A stretch of DNA of 42,790 bases from a virus (taxonomy: Duplodnaviria > Caudoviricetes), in IMG/VR virus record IMGVR_UViG_3300048855_000179, positions 1 through 42,790 of that record; one strand, 5' to 3'. The position numbers were made by a program, and so were the translations under genes. Each line of letters opens with the position of its first letter. Within the stretch, counting starts at the first letter, position 1. The notes below the pieces were generated by a model. The model made no database searches, was not told where the DNA came from, and saw only the letters and a program-made list of their open reading frames with translations. Below, piece after piece: positions 27,325 to 36,373 of this stretch.

Positions 27325-28082
27325 GCTGCACCACCGAAGTCGAATGCTTGCTGCCCGAGGCGCGATATGGCGAGATCGCAGAAACGTTCCTCAAGCTCAA
27401 TGCCTACGCCGGCGATATTTCGGTCTGCTGCCGCTCGCAGGGTCGTTCCCGATCCTGCGAATGGATCGAGAACTGATTTGGCGCCGGTCGCGTCGATAGC
27501 TCGGCCGGGCAGAGACACCGGGAAGGGAGCTGGGTGCTGCCCCTTCATCTCGTGGTCGATTCCGAGATCCCAGACGTCTCCCATCCCCGACACGGAGTGC
27601 GAGACGAGCTTGAATTCCGGCTTGGCGAAAAGGTAGATGTATTCGCCTCGGGTGCAGAACGCTCTCAGATTGACGTCGATACCAGTTCCGCGATTCCAGA
27701 TGATGCGCTGGCGCAGAGGGATTCCGAAGTCGTTGTCCAACGGGTCGCGAAGGACGCCGTGCTCAACCCGCGGACGGTGGTTGTAGAAGACCGCCATCTT
27801 CGAGATGCGCCAGCACTCGGCTAGCACCTTCCGCTGCCATTCGTTGTAGTCCTGCTGATCCATTGCGTCGTCGTGAGCGCCGTATCCATCGCGGAACCGT
27901 CCGCCCTTGTTAGCCGCGCCAGGCTTGTACATGCCCCGGCCGTTACCCCCGGGTACGAGTCCCATGTTGTAGGGGGGTGAGGTCACGATGATGTCGATCG
28001 ACTCGTCGGCAATCGCCGACATGACCTCGAGGCAGTCACCGTTGTAGATGGTGGTGGTCGCGTCTTCGTAGTAGGCCTTCAT
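27321..28082 (-). CDS. DNA methyltransferase (N4-C/N6-A, beta class)
   Basis: TSPPY, HPAPFP, VLDPFAGSGTT. Confidence 0.92.
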   Translation of the reverse strand: MKAYYEDATTTIYNGDCLEVMSAIADESIDIIVTSPPYNMGLVPGGNGRGMYKPGAANKGGRFRDGYGAHDDAMDQQDYNEWQRKVLAECWRISKMAVFYNHRPRVEHGVLRDPLDNDFGIPLRQRIIWNRGTGIDVNLRAFCTRGEYIYLFAKPEFKLVSHSVSGMGDVWDLGIDHEMKGQHPAPFPVSLPGRAIDATGAKSVLDPFAGSGTTLRAAADRNIAGVGIELEERFCDLAISRLGQQAFDFGGAA

Positions 28083-28486
28083 GCGCCAACCTCGTCGAGC
28101 TCGGTGATGATGACGACGAAGTGGGCGGGGCTGTCTGCGACGTACCGGATGGCCGGGGCGTCTTTCCGCATGTGCTGCGGGTCGTCGTCGGTCACGAGGC
28201 GGGCGCTGGTGCCGCGGTCGGAGCCGATGCCGTCGTAGATGGCCTTGCACAGGGGGTAGATGTTGTCGGCGTCGCGTTTGTGGTGGTCGCCGACGACCCA
28301 CACGACCTGCACGGCGCAGGCCGGGAGTTCGCCGAGGCGCAGGGAGCGGACGCGGAGCATCACTTCCTCGCGGATCGTCTCGGTGGACTTCGCCTTCGTG
28401 CGCCAGTGGGCGCGGTCGTTGGCGTGGAGTCCCTTCGGGGGGCGCGGGTAGTTGAGGCGGAAGGTCCAGATGTTGCCGGCGCTCAT
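28079..28486 (-). CDS. RusA-like Holliday junction resolvase
   Basis: ANDR.HW, RDADN..K...DG, LV.DD. Confidence 0.8.
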   Translation of the reverse strand: MSAGNIWTFRLNYPRPPKGLHANDRAHWRTKAKSTETIREEVMLRVRSLRLGELPACAVQVVWVVGDHHKRDADNIYPLCKAIYDGIGSDRGTSARLVTDDDPQHMRKDAPAIRYVADSPAHFVVIITELDEVGA

Positions 28487-28692
28487 GACTGCACCCCCTC
28501 ACGACGGGCGATGAAGCCCTCCGCGAATCCGTCTCGGTAGGCCTCGGACTGGTCGCGGAGCGGCTGCCGCCCGGTGGCGCCGTGGCGGTAACCGATCTTG
28601 TAGTCGGGGGTGTCCTCGACGGCGGTGACGATCGTGTAGGTCTGCCCGCGGTCGATCGGTGTGCCGCAGCAGGGGAAGTCGCCGGCGCTCAT
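28483..28692 (-). CDS. Hypothetical protein
   Basis: ATGA-coupled on both sides; Y..GY..G / Y.DGF.EG repeats. Confidence 0.55.
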   Translation of the reverse strand: MSAGDFPCCGTPIDRGQTYTIVTAVEDTPDYKIGYRHGATGRQPLRDQSEAYRDGFAEGFIARREGVQS

Positions 28693-29459
28693 GATGTGGC
28701 TCCAGGGATCTGCACGGCGGTCTCGGGGAAGAACTCGCTGGCGGCGATACCGTCCTGGGTGATGGTCGCGTAGATGCGGGCGAGGCTGGCGAGGTCGTTC
28801 GGCTGCCACGTCGTGGGGTGCTTCCCTGTGCGGGCCTGCAGCTGCTCGGGAGTGATGTTGAGGGTGGCGAACTTCTCGAGGGCGTCACCGATGCGCTCCG
28901 TCAGTGGTTTGCCGTCGCCGCGGACGAGGGTGTCGCGAAGGGCCTGCTCGGCTTCGGCGAGGAACCAGCCGGGGAGCATGGTGAAGATGCACTCTCGGAC
29001 GGCTCTGGCGCCGGTGTTCTGGTTCGCGAGGTAGATGTCGCCGAGGTCGGTGAGCTTCCGCCGCTGCCCGCCGGCCATGCGCTGGTGGGGCTGGATGAAG
29101 GAGCGGGTGGAGCGGACGTTGGTTTCGACGTCCCACGCCCACACCTGCATCTCGGAAACACCTTCGTCGTCGTCGCGGCGGAGCTCGCGGACGCCGTAGT
29201 CGACGTTCTGCCAGATGCGGGCGAGTTCACGGGCGATGTGGACGCTCATGCCGGCGCCGCGGTTGGGGACTTCGTAGAAGGCCTTGTTGGCGACGGCGAG
29301 TGAGGAGCACAGGCGGCGCATGGCGTCGGTGGCGGCGTCGGCGCTGCGCGGGAACTGTCGGGCGACGGAGACGGCGGCGGCGACTTCTGCTGCGGCTCTG
29401 GTCTGCTCGACGATGGTGCCCTGCGAGGCGGGGCGGTTGGGGAGTGCGATGTCGGTCAT
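28689..29459 (-). CDS. RecT-like / ssDNA-annealing protein (putative)
   Basis: Follows the RecE-like nuclease; ARQFPR, ARELARIW.N, AWD.ETN, AR..RECI. Confidence 0.6.
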   Translation of the reverse strand: MTDIALPNRPASQGTIVEQTRAAAEVAAAVSVARQFPRSADAATDAMRRLCSSLAVANKAFYEVPNRGAGMSVHIARELARIWQNVDYGVRELRRDDDEGVSEMQVWAWDVETNVRSTRSFIQPHQRMAGGQRRKLTDLGDIYLANQNTGARAVRECIFTMLPGWFLAEAEQALRDTLVRGDGKPLTERIGDALEKFATLNITPEQLQARTGKHPTTWQPNDLASLARIYATITQDGIAASEFFPETAVQIPGATS

Positions 29460-30295
29460 GAGTAGTTGTCCTGGAAGTCGTAGATGGCCCACATGGGCGG
29501 GACGGTGAGTTGGATGTCGGTCGGGTAGCCGGGCCACACACCGGTGTCGGTGCAGGTGGCGTAGAGCTCACGGGCTCTTCGGGCTTTTCCTCGGCCGATG
29601 TCGGTGAAGTCCTTGTCGAGTTGGTGGACTCCGACGAGGTAGGGGGCTGCTTTCTCGACGACGACGAACACGAAGGGTCGGAGCGTGCCGGTGATGATCT
29701 GGTCGACGGTCTCGTAGTGGCCCTGCTGCACGTCGTAGCCGTACGACGCAGCCGACTTCGCGAACCCCGAGGGCGACGCCAGGCCGGAGGTGGACTTCAG
29801 GTCGACGCCGATGGGGGCGAGGTAGTCGAAGCGGGCCCGCATACGGATGCCGGTGTCGGGGTCGGTGGCAAACAGGGACGCTTCGGCGTTGCCGTCCTGC
29901 TCGAACAGGCGACGGCCGGTCGGGTGCTTCAAGACGGCTTCTGCCATCCCGTTCACCTGGTCTGCCTGGTCGGGGCTGATGGGCACGAATCCTTCGGCGC
30001 GCTTCTCCGCTGCCCACGCGACGGTTGCCGCTTTCGACGACACCGACCCGGATGGGGTGAGGTGCTCCTCGGGGTAGGCGATCGTTCCGGCGCCGGTGCC
30101 GAGCACCTTGGTGTGAACGGCGGTGCCGACGTCGAAGGCTTCCTTGCCGGCCTGCGGGTGGTCGGTCTCCCACCGGTAGCGTGCGGGCGACTCGAGGAGG
30201 CGGCGGGCACCGGTGCTGCTGAGCTCGGGGCCGGCGTGGTAGACCGCATCGGCCATCCCGTACACGACGCCGTCTCTGGTGGTCGTGGTGGTCAT
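29456..30295 (-). CDS. RecE/ExoVIII-like PD-(D/E)XK exonuclease
   Basis: YHA..LSS, GTAVH, E.S, RARFD..DLKS, Y..Q..HY. Confidence 0.88.
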   Translation of the reverse strand: MTTTTTRDGVVYGMADAVYHAGPELSSTGARRLLESPARYRWETDHPQAGKEAFDVGTAVHTKVLGTGAGTIAYPEEHLTPSGSVSSKAATVAWAAEKRAEGFVPISPDQADQVNGMAEAVLKHPTGRRLFEQDGNAEASLFATDPDTGIRMRARFDYLAPIGVDLKSTSGLASPSGFAKSAASYGYDVQQGHYETVDQIITGTLRPFVFVVVEKAAPYLVGVHQLDKDFTDIGRGKARRARELYATCTDTGVWPGYPTDIQLTVPPMWAIYDFQDNYS

Positions 30296-30453
30296 GGGTG
30301 TCTCCTTCCGAGACGGTGGTGCGCGTAGAGGGCACCGAGGGAGGCTGCGGCGATGAGCGCGCAGATGACGTTGAGTCCGCCGACGGGTGCGGCGGTGAGG
30401 GCGAGGGCGATCAGGCCGAAGGTGACGGCGATCGCGACGAAGAGACGGTCCAT
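30292..30453 (-). CDS. Small membrane protein
   Basis: 53 aa, 2 TM segments, read manually. Confidence 0.5.
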   Translation of the reverse strand: MDRLFVAIAVTFGLIALALTAAPVGGLNVICALIAAASLGALYAHHRLGRRHP

Positions 30454-30797
30454 CACGAATCGCTCCCGAGGATCGCCTCGGCGAACTCAATGCCGAAGCC
30501 GACGATCAGTTCCGCCTGTTCGCCGGTCAACCGAGCGCCGGCCACTCCACGTGCGAAGCGGAGAAAGTCGAGCTGCGCATCGATCGTGCGGTGCAGAGTG
30601 ACGATCAGCTCGGCGTTGGCGGGCGGGTACCAGGCGTGGTCGGTCGTGTCGACGACCGGACCCGCGCCCTCGACGATAATCGTGGGCCACGTCGGGATGC
30701 CGAGCGTCCAGCGCATCATCCACTCCCCTTGAGCCGACGCCACACGCTCTGCCTCGAGCTTCGCGATGGCCGCTTCGAGCTTCTCGATGTCGCTCAT
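30453..30797 (-). CDS. Hypothetical protein
   Basis: G.W...ANAELI motif seen in ead/Ea22-like phage proteins. Confidence 0.6.
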   Translation of the reverse strand: MSDIEKLEAAIAKLEAERVASAQGEWMMRWTLGIPTWPTIIVEGAGPVVDTTDHAWYPPANAELIVTLHRTIDAQLDFLRFARGVAGARLTGEQAELIVGFGIEFAEAILGSDS

Positions 30798-31063
30798 ACG
30801 TCGACCTCGGGCTGGTGCACGACGACGAACCGCACCGAGTCGCCCGCGCCGAGCAGGGACGTGTAGGCGTCGCTGTCGTTGCGGATCTCGGCCTCGCAGA
30901 GCGCGGCGTCCTCGTCGTCGAAGGAGTCGACCATCGTGTCGGTTTCGAGGCCGTCGCGGTCGCGGGTGACCTGCAGCACCTTCCACGGCCGTTCCGGGTC
31001 CTCGAGGTCGAGCCGGTTGAGGGTGGCGAGCAGGTAATCGCCGAGAGGGGGTGCGATCGTCAT
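30794..31063 (-). CDS. Hypothetical protein
   Basis: Coupled acidic ORF. Confidence 0.55.
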   Translation of the reverse strand: MTIAPPLGDYLLATLNRLDLEDPERPWKVLQVTRDRDGLETDTMVDSFDDEDAALCEAEIRNDSDAYTSLLGAGDSVRFVVVHQPEVDV

Positions 31064-31291
31064 GAGCAGGGCTCCTCTGGGGTGTGGTGGGCGCAGACGC
31101 GGACACCGGTGCTGAGGTCGGAGTAGATGGGGGCGCGGAGGCGGTCGCACTCGGCGCACACGTCCCTCACCGGGAAACCGCCCAGACCGTAATGGCGATC
31201 GCGCCCCAGACGGGGAGAGCGAACGCGACGGCGAGGAGCAGGCCGCCCATGACGGTGACGCCCTCGGGCTTGACGTAGGTGCTGCGGTGGT

Positions 31292-31690
31292 TCACGCGGC
31301 CGCCTCCATCCCCTGCTCGGCGGGGACGAGTTCCCAGATGGTGGCCGACGCGCCGTGAGGCGACTTGATGCGCACCTGCTTGCCGTCAGCGTCGAGGACG
31401 GCGCGGACGCGGTGCTCGCGAGTGTGGAGCTCGGAGCGGCGACGGGCGACGGAGTGGATGTCGCGGAGTTCCGGCCACCCGTTCGCCTGCCAGAGCGAGG
31501 CGTACGCGCGCTTCAGCTGGAAGTCGGCGCGGGGAGCCTCGGCGAGCAGCTGCAGGATGGCCTGCTTCACGCGGCTGTCGCGCTCCCGATCGAGATTCGC
31601 GGCGGCTTCATGAGAAGCGACCGGGTCGGAGTGGTGCGCCAGGGCTCTCACCTCGCCTGCAGGTGTTGCGGTACCGTTGCGGGTAGACAT
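31292..31690 (-). CDS. Putative winged-helix protein
   Basis: SDP..SH.AA, RRSEL, terminal IW; RBS AAAGGA. Confidence 0.7.
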   Translation of the reverse strand: MSTRNGTATPAGEVRALAHHSDPVASHEAAANLDRERDSRVKQAILQLLAEAPRADFQLKRAYASLWQANGWPELRDIHSVARRRSELHTREHRVRAVLDADGKQVRIKSPHGASATIWELVPAEQGMEAAA

Positions 31691-31781
31691 TGGATGTGAG
31701 TCCTTTCGTTGTTGGAGCCCCGGTAGCCGCCGGGGCTTCTTTCGTCTCTGGGTGAGGAGGGGGCCAGGGTTGGCCTCCTGC

Positions 31782-31979
31782 TCAGGCGGTCTGCTTCTCG
31801 GCCGGCAGCGAGTTGGCGAACCGGTCGTACTCCGAGACCCGGATCAGGGGTTTCCGTCCGAAGTACGACGGGGTCATGTCGCCTCGGGCGACTGCCTGTC
31901 TCACCGCCGACACGGAGATCCGCGTCTTGGCGGCGACCTCCTGGTAGGTCAGGAACTCGGGCTCGGTTTCGGCGCTCAT
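31782..31979 (-). CDS. Excisionase-like HTH protein
   Basis: FLTYQEVAA....S...VR.....G MerR/Xis-type HTH. Confidence 0.75.
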   Translation of the reverse strand: MSAETEPEFLTYQEVAAKTRISVSAVRQAVARGDMTPSYFGRKPLIRVSEYDRFANSLPAEKQTA

Positions 31980-32194
31980 GCGTCCTCCATGAATTGGGCG
32001 GGGGAGACGCGAAAGAGGCCACCGACATCGGTGAGCTCGTCGAGCGTGAACTCGCCTACTCCGTGCAGGCGGTCATGCAGGACGGGCACCGGGATGTCGG
32101 TGGCCTGAGAGACCCTTTCGATCGACTCTCCTTCGGTGTCGACGATCGCGGCGACTCTTCTCGCGGCGGCTGCGGGTGCTGCTGTGTTCTCCAT
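31976..32194 (-). CDS. Cro-like HTH regulator
   Basis: Divergent from the repressor; VSQATDIP...L..RL.G..EFTLDEL. Confidence 0.8.
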   Translation of the reverse strand: MENTAAPAAAARRVAAIVDTEGESIERVSQATDIPVPVLHDRLHGVGEFTLDELTDVGGLFRVSPAQFMEDA

Positions 32195-32287
32195 ACGGTA
32201 AGCCTTGCATACCATATGGAGTCACGCAAGGACCTGTTGTGCCATTTGGTGTCACGAATTATCCACCTGGCCGATATGGTGATTCGT
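32191..32287. promoter_or_regulatory. Genetic switch: divergent leaderless promoters with CCANNTGG operators
   Basis: CCATATGG 32212, CCATTTGG 32242, CCACCTGG 32263; minus strand TTGCGT-17-AAGGCT; plus strand TATGGT 7 nt before the repressor ATG. Confidence 0.7.
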
Positions 32288-32734
32288 ATGGAGTCGAAGC
32301 TGTCGCTTATCAACTGGAGCATGGGCGCTGAAGTGCGCGCCGAGATGGCCGCGCAAGGCCTGAGCGCGAAGCAGGTGTCCGAGGGGTCGGGCATCACCGT
32401 GGGTCAGGTGAACAGGATCATCTCGAAGAACCCCGAGACGGTGCGCGACATCAACGTCACGCAGATCAGCGAGCTCGCGCACGCGCTCAGCACGACACCA
32501 CACAAGCTCGTCGAGCGCGCGGTCGAGCGCGCCGGCGGCCTGGACGCGATCTGGGCCGACCGTGAGGCGATGCGCGCCGCAGTGTCGGTGGCTCCGGCTA
32601 CAAATGACGAACTAGCGGAGCGTCGCCGGAAGCAGGCGGAGGCGGCCGCGATGACCGTCGAGGAGCTTGAGGATGTCAAGGGAGCAGCTACCCGGGATGC
32701 AGAGTTGGATTCCGACGAGCCAGACCTACCCTGA
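32288..32734 (+). CDS. Immunity repressor (XRE HTH, no peptidase domain)
   Basis: EVRAEMA.QGLS...VS..SGI....VNRI; ITQI..LA.AL. Confidence 0.85.
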   Translation: MESKLSLINWSMGAEVRAEMAAQGLSAKQVSEGSGITVGQVNRIISKNPETVRDINVTQISELAHALSTTPHKLVERAVERAGGLDAIWADREAMRAAVSVAPATNDELAERRRKQAEAAAMTVEELEDVKGAATRDAELDSDEPDLP

Positions 32735-33110
32735 GGTCGGTCGCGGTTACGACCCGTTCCAGCACGCCGAGGAGCTCGGCATCCAGATTCTCTTCAAGCC
32801 GATCCGCACTGAGAACGAGAAGTGGCTGCCTGAGCACCACACGCTCGTGATCCGGTCAACGATGCGAGGCGTCAACCGCCGCGCCGCCGCCGCCCACGGT
32901 CTTGCCCACGCGCTGCTGGGCCACCCAGACGATCGCCCGAAGTACGAGATCCAGGCCGACCGGGTCGCGGCGGACAACCTGATCGACCTGGACGAGTGCG
33001 TCGAGCTGATGAAGTGGACGCCCGACTGTCACCGGCTCGCGCTCGAGCTTGGGGTCACGACGCGATTGATGCGGACGTTCCTGAACGCTCACGGTCTGGC
33101 GCGGCGATGA
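32697..33110 (+). CDS. ImmA/IrrE-like protein with a degenerate HEXXH (HGLAH)
   Basis: YDP..HAE.LGI, AH.LAH..LGH, E.QADR.AA, LA.ELGVT; start uncertain. Confidence 0.8.
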   Translation: MQSWIPTSQTYPEVGRGYDPFQHAEELGIQILFKPIRTENEKWLPEHHTLVIRSTMRGVNRRAAAAHGLAHALLGHPDDRPKYEIQADRVAADNLIDLDECVELMKWTPDCHRLALELGVTTRLMRTFLNAHGLARR

Positions 33111-34296
33111 GCGCGGAGAGTTTGTGCATCGCCTCGGTGAGGCGCTTCGTGTTCCCGCGAGACTTGTAGGCGCGGGTCATCTCCCTGGTGGAGTGGCCGA
33201 CGATGTCGCGGATGAGATCCTCGGGGACGCCGGCCTCGTAGAGGAGGTCGACGGCGGTGTGGCGGCCGTCGTGGAGGCGCACGTCGGGGACGCCGGCACG
33301 CTCGAGCAGCTGGTGCCACAGCTTCGACTGCACGGAGTGGTCGATAGGTGCACCGTTGGGTGCGAACCAGACGAGGTTGTAGGGGTTGTAGTCGTCGACG
33401 GTGGCTTCCATGTGCCGTTCGATGATCGACTTCAACGGCTCGACGAGGGGCACGATGCGGGTGCCCTTCTCCGACTTGGGGCGAGTGAGCCACATGCCGC
33501 CGTGGAGGGGCTTGTGCACCCAATCGGGGGCGGCGGTGACGGTGCGTTTGTAGCAGTCGGCGCCGCGCTTCCGGTTGCATGAGCCGCCGCATCCGTGTTC
33601 CCAGATGAGGCGTTGCATCTGCCAGGACAGGTCGATGACGTCGCCGACGCGGTCGCGTTGCAGGCCGAGGAGTTCACCTTGCCGGGCACCGGTGAGGAGC
33701 ACGGCCGCCCACAGGGAACCGAGGGGGTCGGATGCGGCGGTCTGGAGCACGCGGATGCCTTGCTCGACGGAGAGCGCCTCGAGGGCGGGTTTTGCGGGGC
33801 GGGGTGCGTCTACGGCGGCGGCGACGTTGCGTGGCACCTTCCCGTTCTGCTCCGCGTACTTCAATGCCACGGACAGGATGCGGTGCACCTGCGCCGCTGT
33901 GGTGGAAGAGAGGCCCTTCTCGGTTATCGAGTGCAGCATGCGGCGGACGTCGGTGGGGGTGAGCTTGTCGAGCTTCTTGCTGCCGATCGTTGGCAGAATC
34001 TCCCGGTCGATGAGGCCTCTGTAGGTGCTGAGGGTCTTGGGGCGATTCTTCTTCGCCGCGATGGTCGTGAACCACTCGTCGACCCACTGCTGCACTGTCA
34101 TCGAACTGGTCGGCATGTCGCCGGACCGTTCCCGCTCGGCGAGGAGCTCGCGAAGGATCTTGAGCGCTTCGGCCTTCGATTTGCGGCGCACCTTCTTGCG
34201 GCGGCGTTCGCCGTTGTGGGAGGGGAGCTCGACGACGACGGTCCAGTAGCCGTTGCCGTCTTTGAAGAGGCTGCCCTCGCCCTTGCCTCGTGCCAT
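33055..34296 (-). CDS. int: Tyrosine integrase
   Basis: GEGS N-terminus; TGARQGE, RLHDGRHT, VGHS, T..Y catalytic residues intact. Confidence 0.95.
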   Translation of the reverse strand: MARGKGEGSLFKDGNGYWTVVVELPSHNGERRRKKVRRKSKAEALKILRELLAERERSGDMPTSSMTVQQWVDEWFTTIAAKKNRPKTLSTYRGLIDREILPTIGSKKLDKLTPTDVRRMLHSITEKGLSSTTAAQVHRILSVALKYAEQNGKVPRNVAAAVDAPRPAKPALEALSVEQGIRVLQTAASDPLGSLWAAVLLTGARQGELLGLQRDRVGDVIDLSWQMQRLIWEHGCGGSCNRKRGADCYKRTVTAAPDWVHKPLHGGMWLTRPKSEKGTRIVPLVEPLKSIIERHMEATVDDYNPYNLVWFAPNGAPIDHSVQSKLWHQLLERAGVPDVRLHDGRHTAVDLLYEAGVPEDLIRDIVGHSTREMTRAYKSRGNTKRLTEAMHKLSALIAAPDRERSGTSASIAS

Positions 34297-34354
34297 CAGC
34301 TATCTCCTTATATCCGGCGTGTATCAGCCGTACGCTTATGTGCCGGAAGTGTCG

Positions 34355-34510
34355 TCACTTCACCTGCTCTCGGATAGCGACGGGCTGAGTCGCCCAGTAG
34401 GCGCGTGTGCGGGCGACGTGCTCGGTCGAGCGGGCACCTGTGCACAGGATGCCGACAGGGGCGTGGCAGACGGGGCACTCGATATCGAGGGAGTTGCCGT
34501 GTTCGGGCAT
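34355..34510 (-). CDS. Small zinc-finger protein
   Basis: CPVC.A..G..C......H..R. Confidence 0.65.
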   Translation of the reverse strand: MPEHGNSLDIECPVCHAPVGILCTGARSTEHVARTRAYWATQPVAIREQVK

Positions 34511-34779
34511 CACTTCACCTCCTCTCGGTACTGGTCGGCACGAGCGCGCAACCAATCCGCGAGGGTGTCACCGTTGCGTCCCGCGGATGCGTGATCCGCG
34601 GCGAGATCTAGCGCGTCGGCGGCGGCTTCCCTCTTGACCCTGGCAAGCCAGTCTGAGGTGAGGATCGCATCGAGTGTCTCTGTCAGGCACTCAGCCACCG
34701 AGGGGACTCCTTCGGAGGGCTGCCAGTCCCACCCGAGGCTGTCGGCGAGAATCTTGGTCAGCTGTTCTCGATCGGTCAT
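34510..34779 (-). CDS. Hypothetical protein
   Basis: Coupled ORF; AADAL..AAD...WLR.RA. Confidence 0.6.
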   Translation of the reverse strand: MTDREQLTKILADSLGWDWQPSEGVPSVAECLTETLDAILTSDWLARVKREAAADALDLAADHASAGRNGDTLADWLRARADQYREEVK

Positions 34780-35399
34780 ACTCGGCTCCTCAGTGCGTTC
34801 AGGCGCGAGCGGTCGCGGCCGTCGTCTCGGATAGATTGCAGCGCCCATTCGACGCCTTCGCGCCGGCCACGTCGAAGCCCGTCGAGATGGCGGACTTCGG
34901 TGCCGATTCGTGGCGATACGAGGGCTCGGGTGGCGATGCCGGCGACGAGCGATCGGGACATCAGGCCGGGTTGCTCGCCGGCGTCGCGCAGCTTCGTGAG
35001 GCCGCGGCCGTGGGGCACCATGATTCCCCAGGACTCGGGTATCGGGTCGTCCTCGCGGAAGAGCTTCTTGTCGCCGAGCACGAGCCAGAATCGGTCGACG
35101 TTTGTGGCGGCGTGCTGTGATTTAGAGAGGTCTTTGAGTTCGTGCAGAAGGTCGGCGCGCGACACTTTCAGCTCGAACCCGTGGACGAGGCCGGCTGACG
35201 ATGGCCAGATGCCAATGGCGAGAACGTCGTAGCGCTGGCGAGATTGCCTGCCCGTGGATTCATAGCCGGGGCGCACGCGGCCAAGGAACGGCACCTCGTA
35301 CAGTGTGACGTGCTCGGGATAGGACAGCGCTTCGGACCGTTTACCGAACTTGGCGGCAACACGGTTGCGCAGCTCGCGCGCGGTCGAGACTGCGCTCAC
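34776..35399 (-). CDS. MmcB-like PD-(D/E)XK nuclease
   Basis: EV...D.LA..WPS...HGFELKVSRAD...EL....K; WG. Confidence 0.75.
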   Translation of the reverse strand: MSAVSTARELRNRVAAKFGKRSEALSYPEHVTLYEVPFLGRVRPGYESTGRQSRQRYDVLAIGIWPSSAGLVHGFELKVSRADLLHELKDLSKSQHAATNVDRFWLVLGDKKLFREDDPIPESWGIMVPHGRGLTKLRDAGEQPGLMSRSLVAGIATRALVSPRIGTEVRHLDGLRRGRREGVEWALQSIRDDGRDRSRLNALRSRV

Positions 35400-36148
35400 T
35401 GGTCGGCTCCTGCCCGGTAGGGGTTGGTCGGGTGCTGAACATTGCCGTAGCCAGCATCGCGGTAGTGTGCTTCTCCCTCGGCCTCCACGCCTTCGTCCCA
35501 CTTCTCGGCGTCACGAGCGGCGAGCATCGACGACGGGGCGGTGGATAGGATCTCATCCAACGCTTCGCCATCAAAGCCATAGTTGCCCGTACCGAAGTGT
35601 CCTGTTGGCATCTGTCGAATCGTCTCGATCACGGCGTCTCGTGCCGCGACCGCTTCGAGGGCATCGTGCCGTTGCTGGCGCAGGGTGGCGATCTCGTCTT
35701 CCCACTGCTGCCGCTGCATGAAGGCCACGTCCGAATCGGCGTTGCGTTCCGCTTCGAGTGCGTGAATCTGGTGCTGGGCCTCAAGAACGAGACGATCGTG
35801 ATATTCGAGAGTTACCGTTTCCGCTTCGAGTTCTGCGATGCGGGCATCACGGGACCGCACCCCAGACAGCAGGGCAGGGAACTCGTTGAGGATCGCGGTG
35901 GCCTCGCTGGCGTTGTCCTCGAACTCGTACTCTTCGAGCGTCGCGGCGACGATCTCCGCGCGTTTTGCGAGTTCTTCCCACCATGCCAGCACCTCAGGAG
36001 TCAGGTCGACAGGGGCGGCGGTAGGGGTGTCGGTCGCCTCTACACGCAGCTGGTCGACCAGGCGGGGGCAAAGCTGTCCATCCAGTTTGCGGTGCTCACC
36101 GAGCCCTCCGCACACTCGGCAGTGGTCGACCACGTTCTCGGCGGTCAT
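35396..36148 (-). CDS. Mosaic coiled-coil phage protein
   Basis: CxxC N-terminus, coiled-coil, WDEG...NPY C-terminus. Confidence 0.6.
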   Translation of the reverse strand: MTAENVVDHCRVCGGLGEHRKLDGQLCPRLVDQLRVEATDTPTAAPVDLTPEVLAWWEELAKRAEIVAATLEEYEFEDNASEATAILNEFPALLSGVRSRDARIAELEAETVTLEYHDRLVLEAQHQIHALEAERNADSDVAFMQRQQWEDEIATLRQQRHDALEAVAARDAVIETIRQMPTGHFGTGNYGFDGEALDEILSTAPSSMLAARDAEKWDEGVEAEGEAHYRDAGYGNVQHPTNPYRAGADQ

Positions 36149-36363
36149 GCTGACACCCCCTCGTGGAACCCGCCGATGCCCCACCAACGCTTCCCTGCGT
36201 CGTTGATATGGCGATCGCGGGGATGCTCGACCGTCTTGATGCACCCGGGTTCGAGACAGGGGTACTTGCGGTAGGGGTTGCGGCAGTGGCATTCGCCGGG
36301 ACCATGCTCATCGGTAGCCGCGTGGCCCTCGTCCCACAGATCAGCTTTCTCGTTCTCGTTCAT
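36145..36363 (-). CDS. Hypothetical protein
   Basis: RBS GAGGAGG; WDEG...NPY and C....C....H...H. Confidence 0.6.
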   Translation of the reverse strand: MNENEKADLWDEGHAATDEHGPGECHCRNPYRKYPCLEPGCIKTVEHPRDRHINDAGKRWWGIGGFHEGVSA

Positions 36364-36373
36364 GGTTGCCTCC

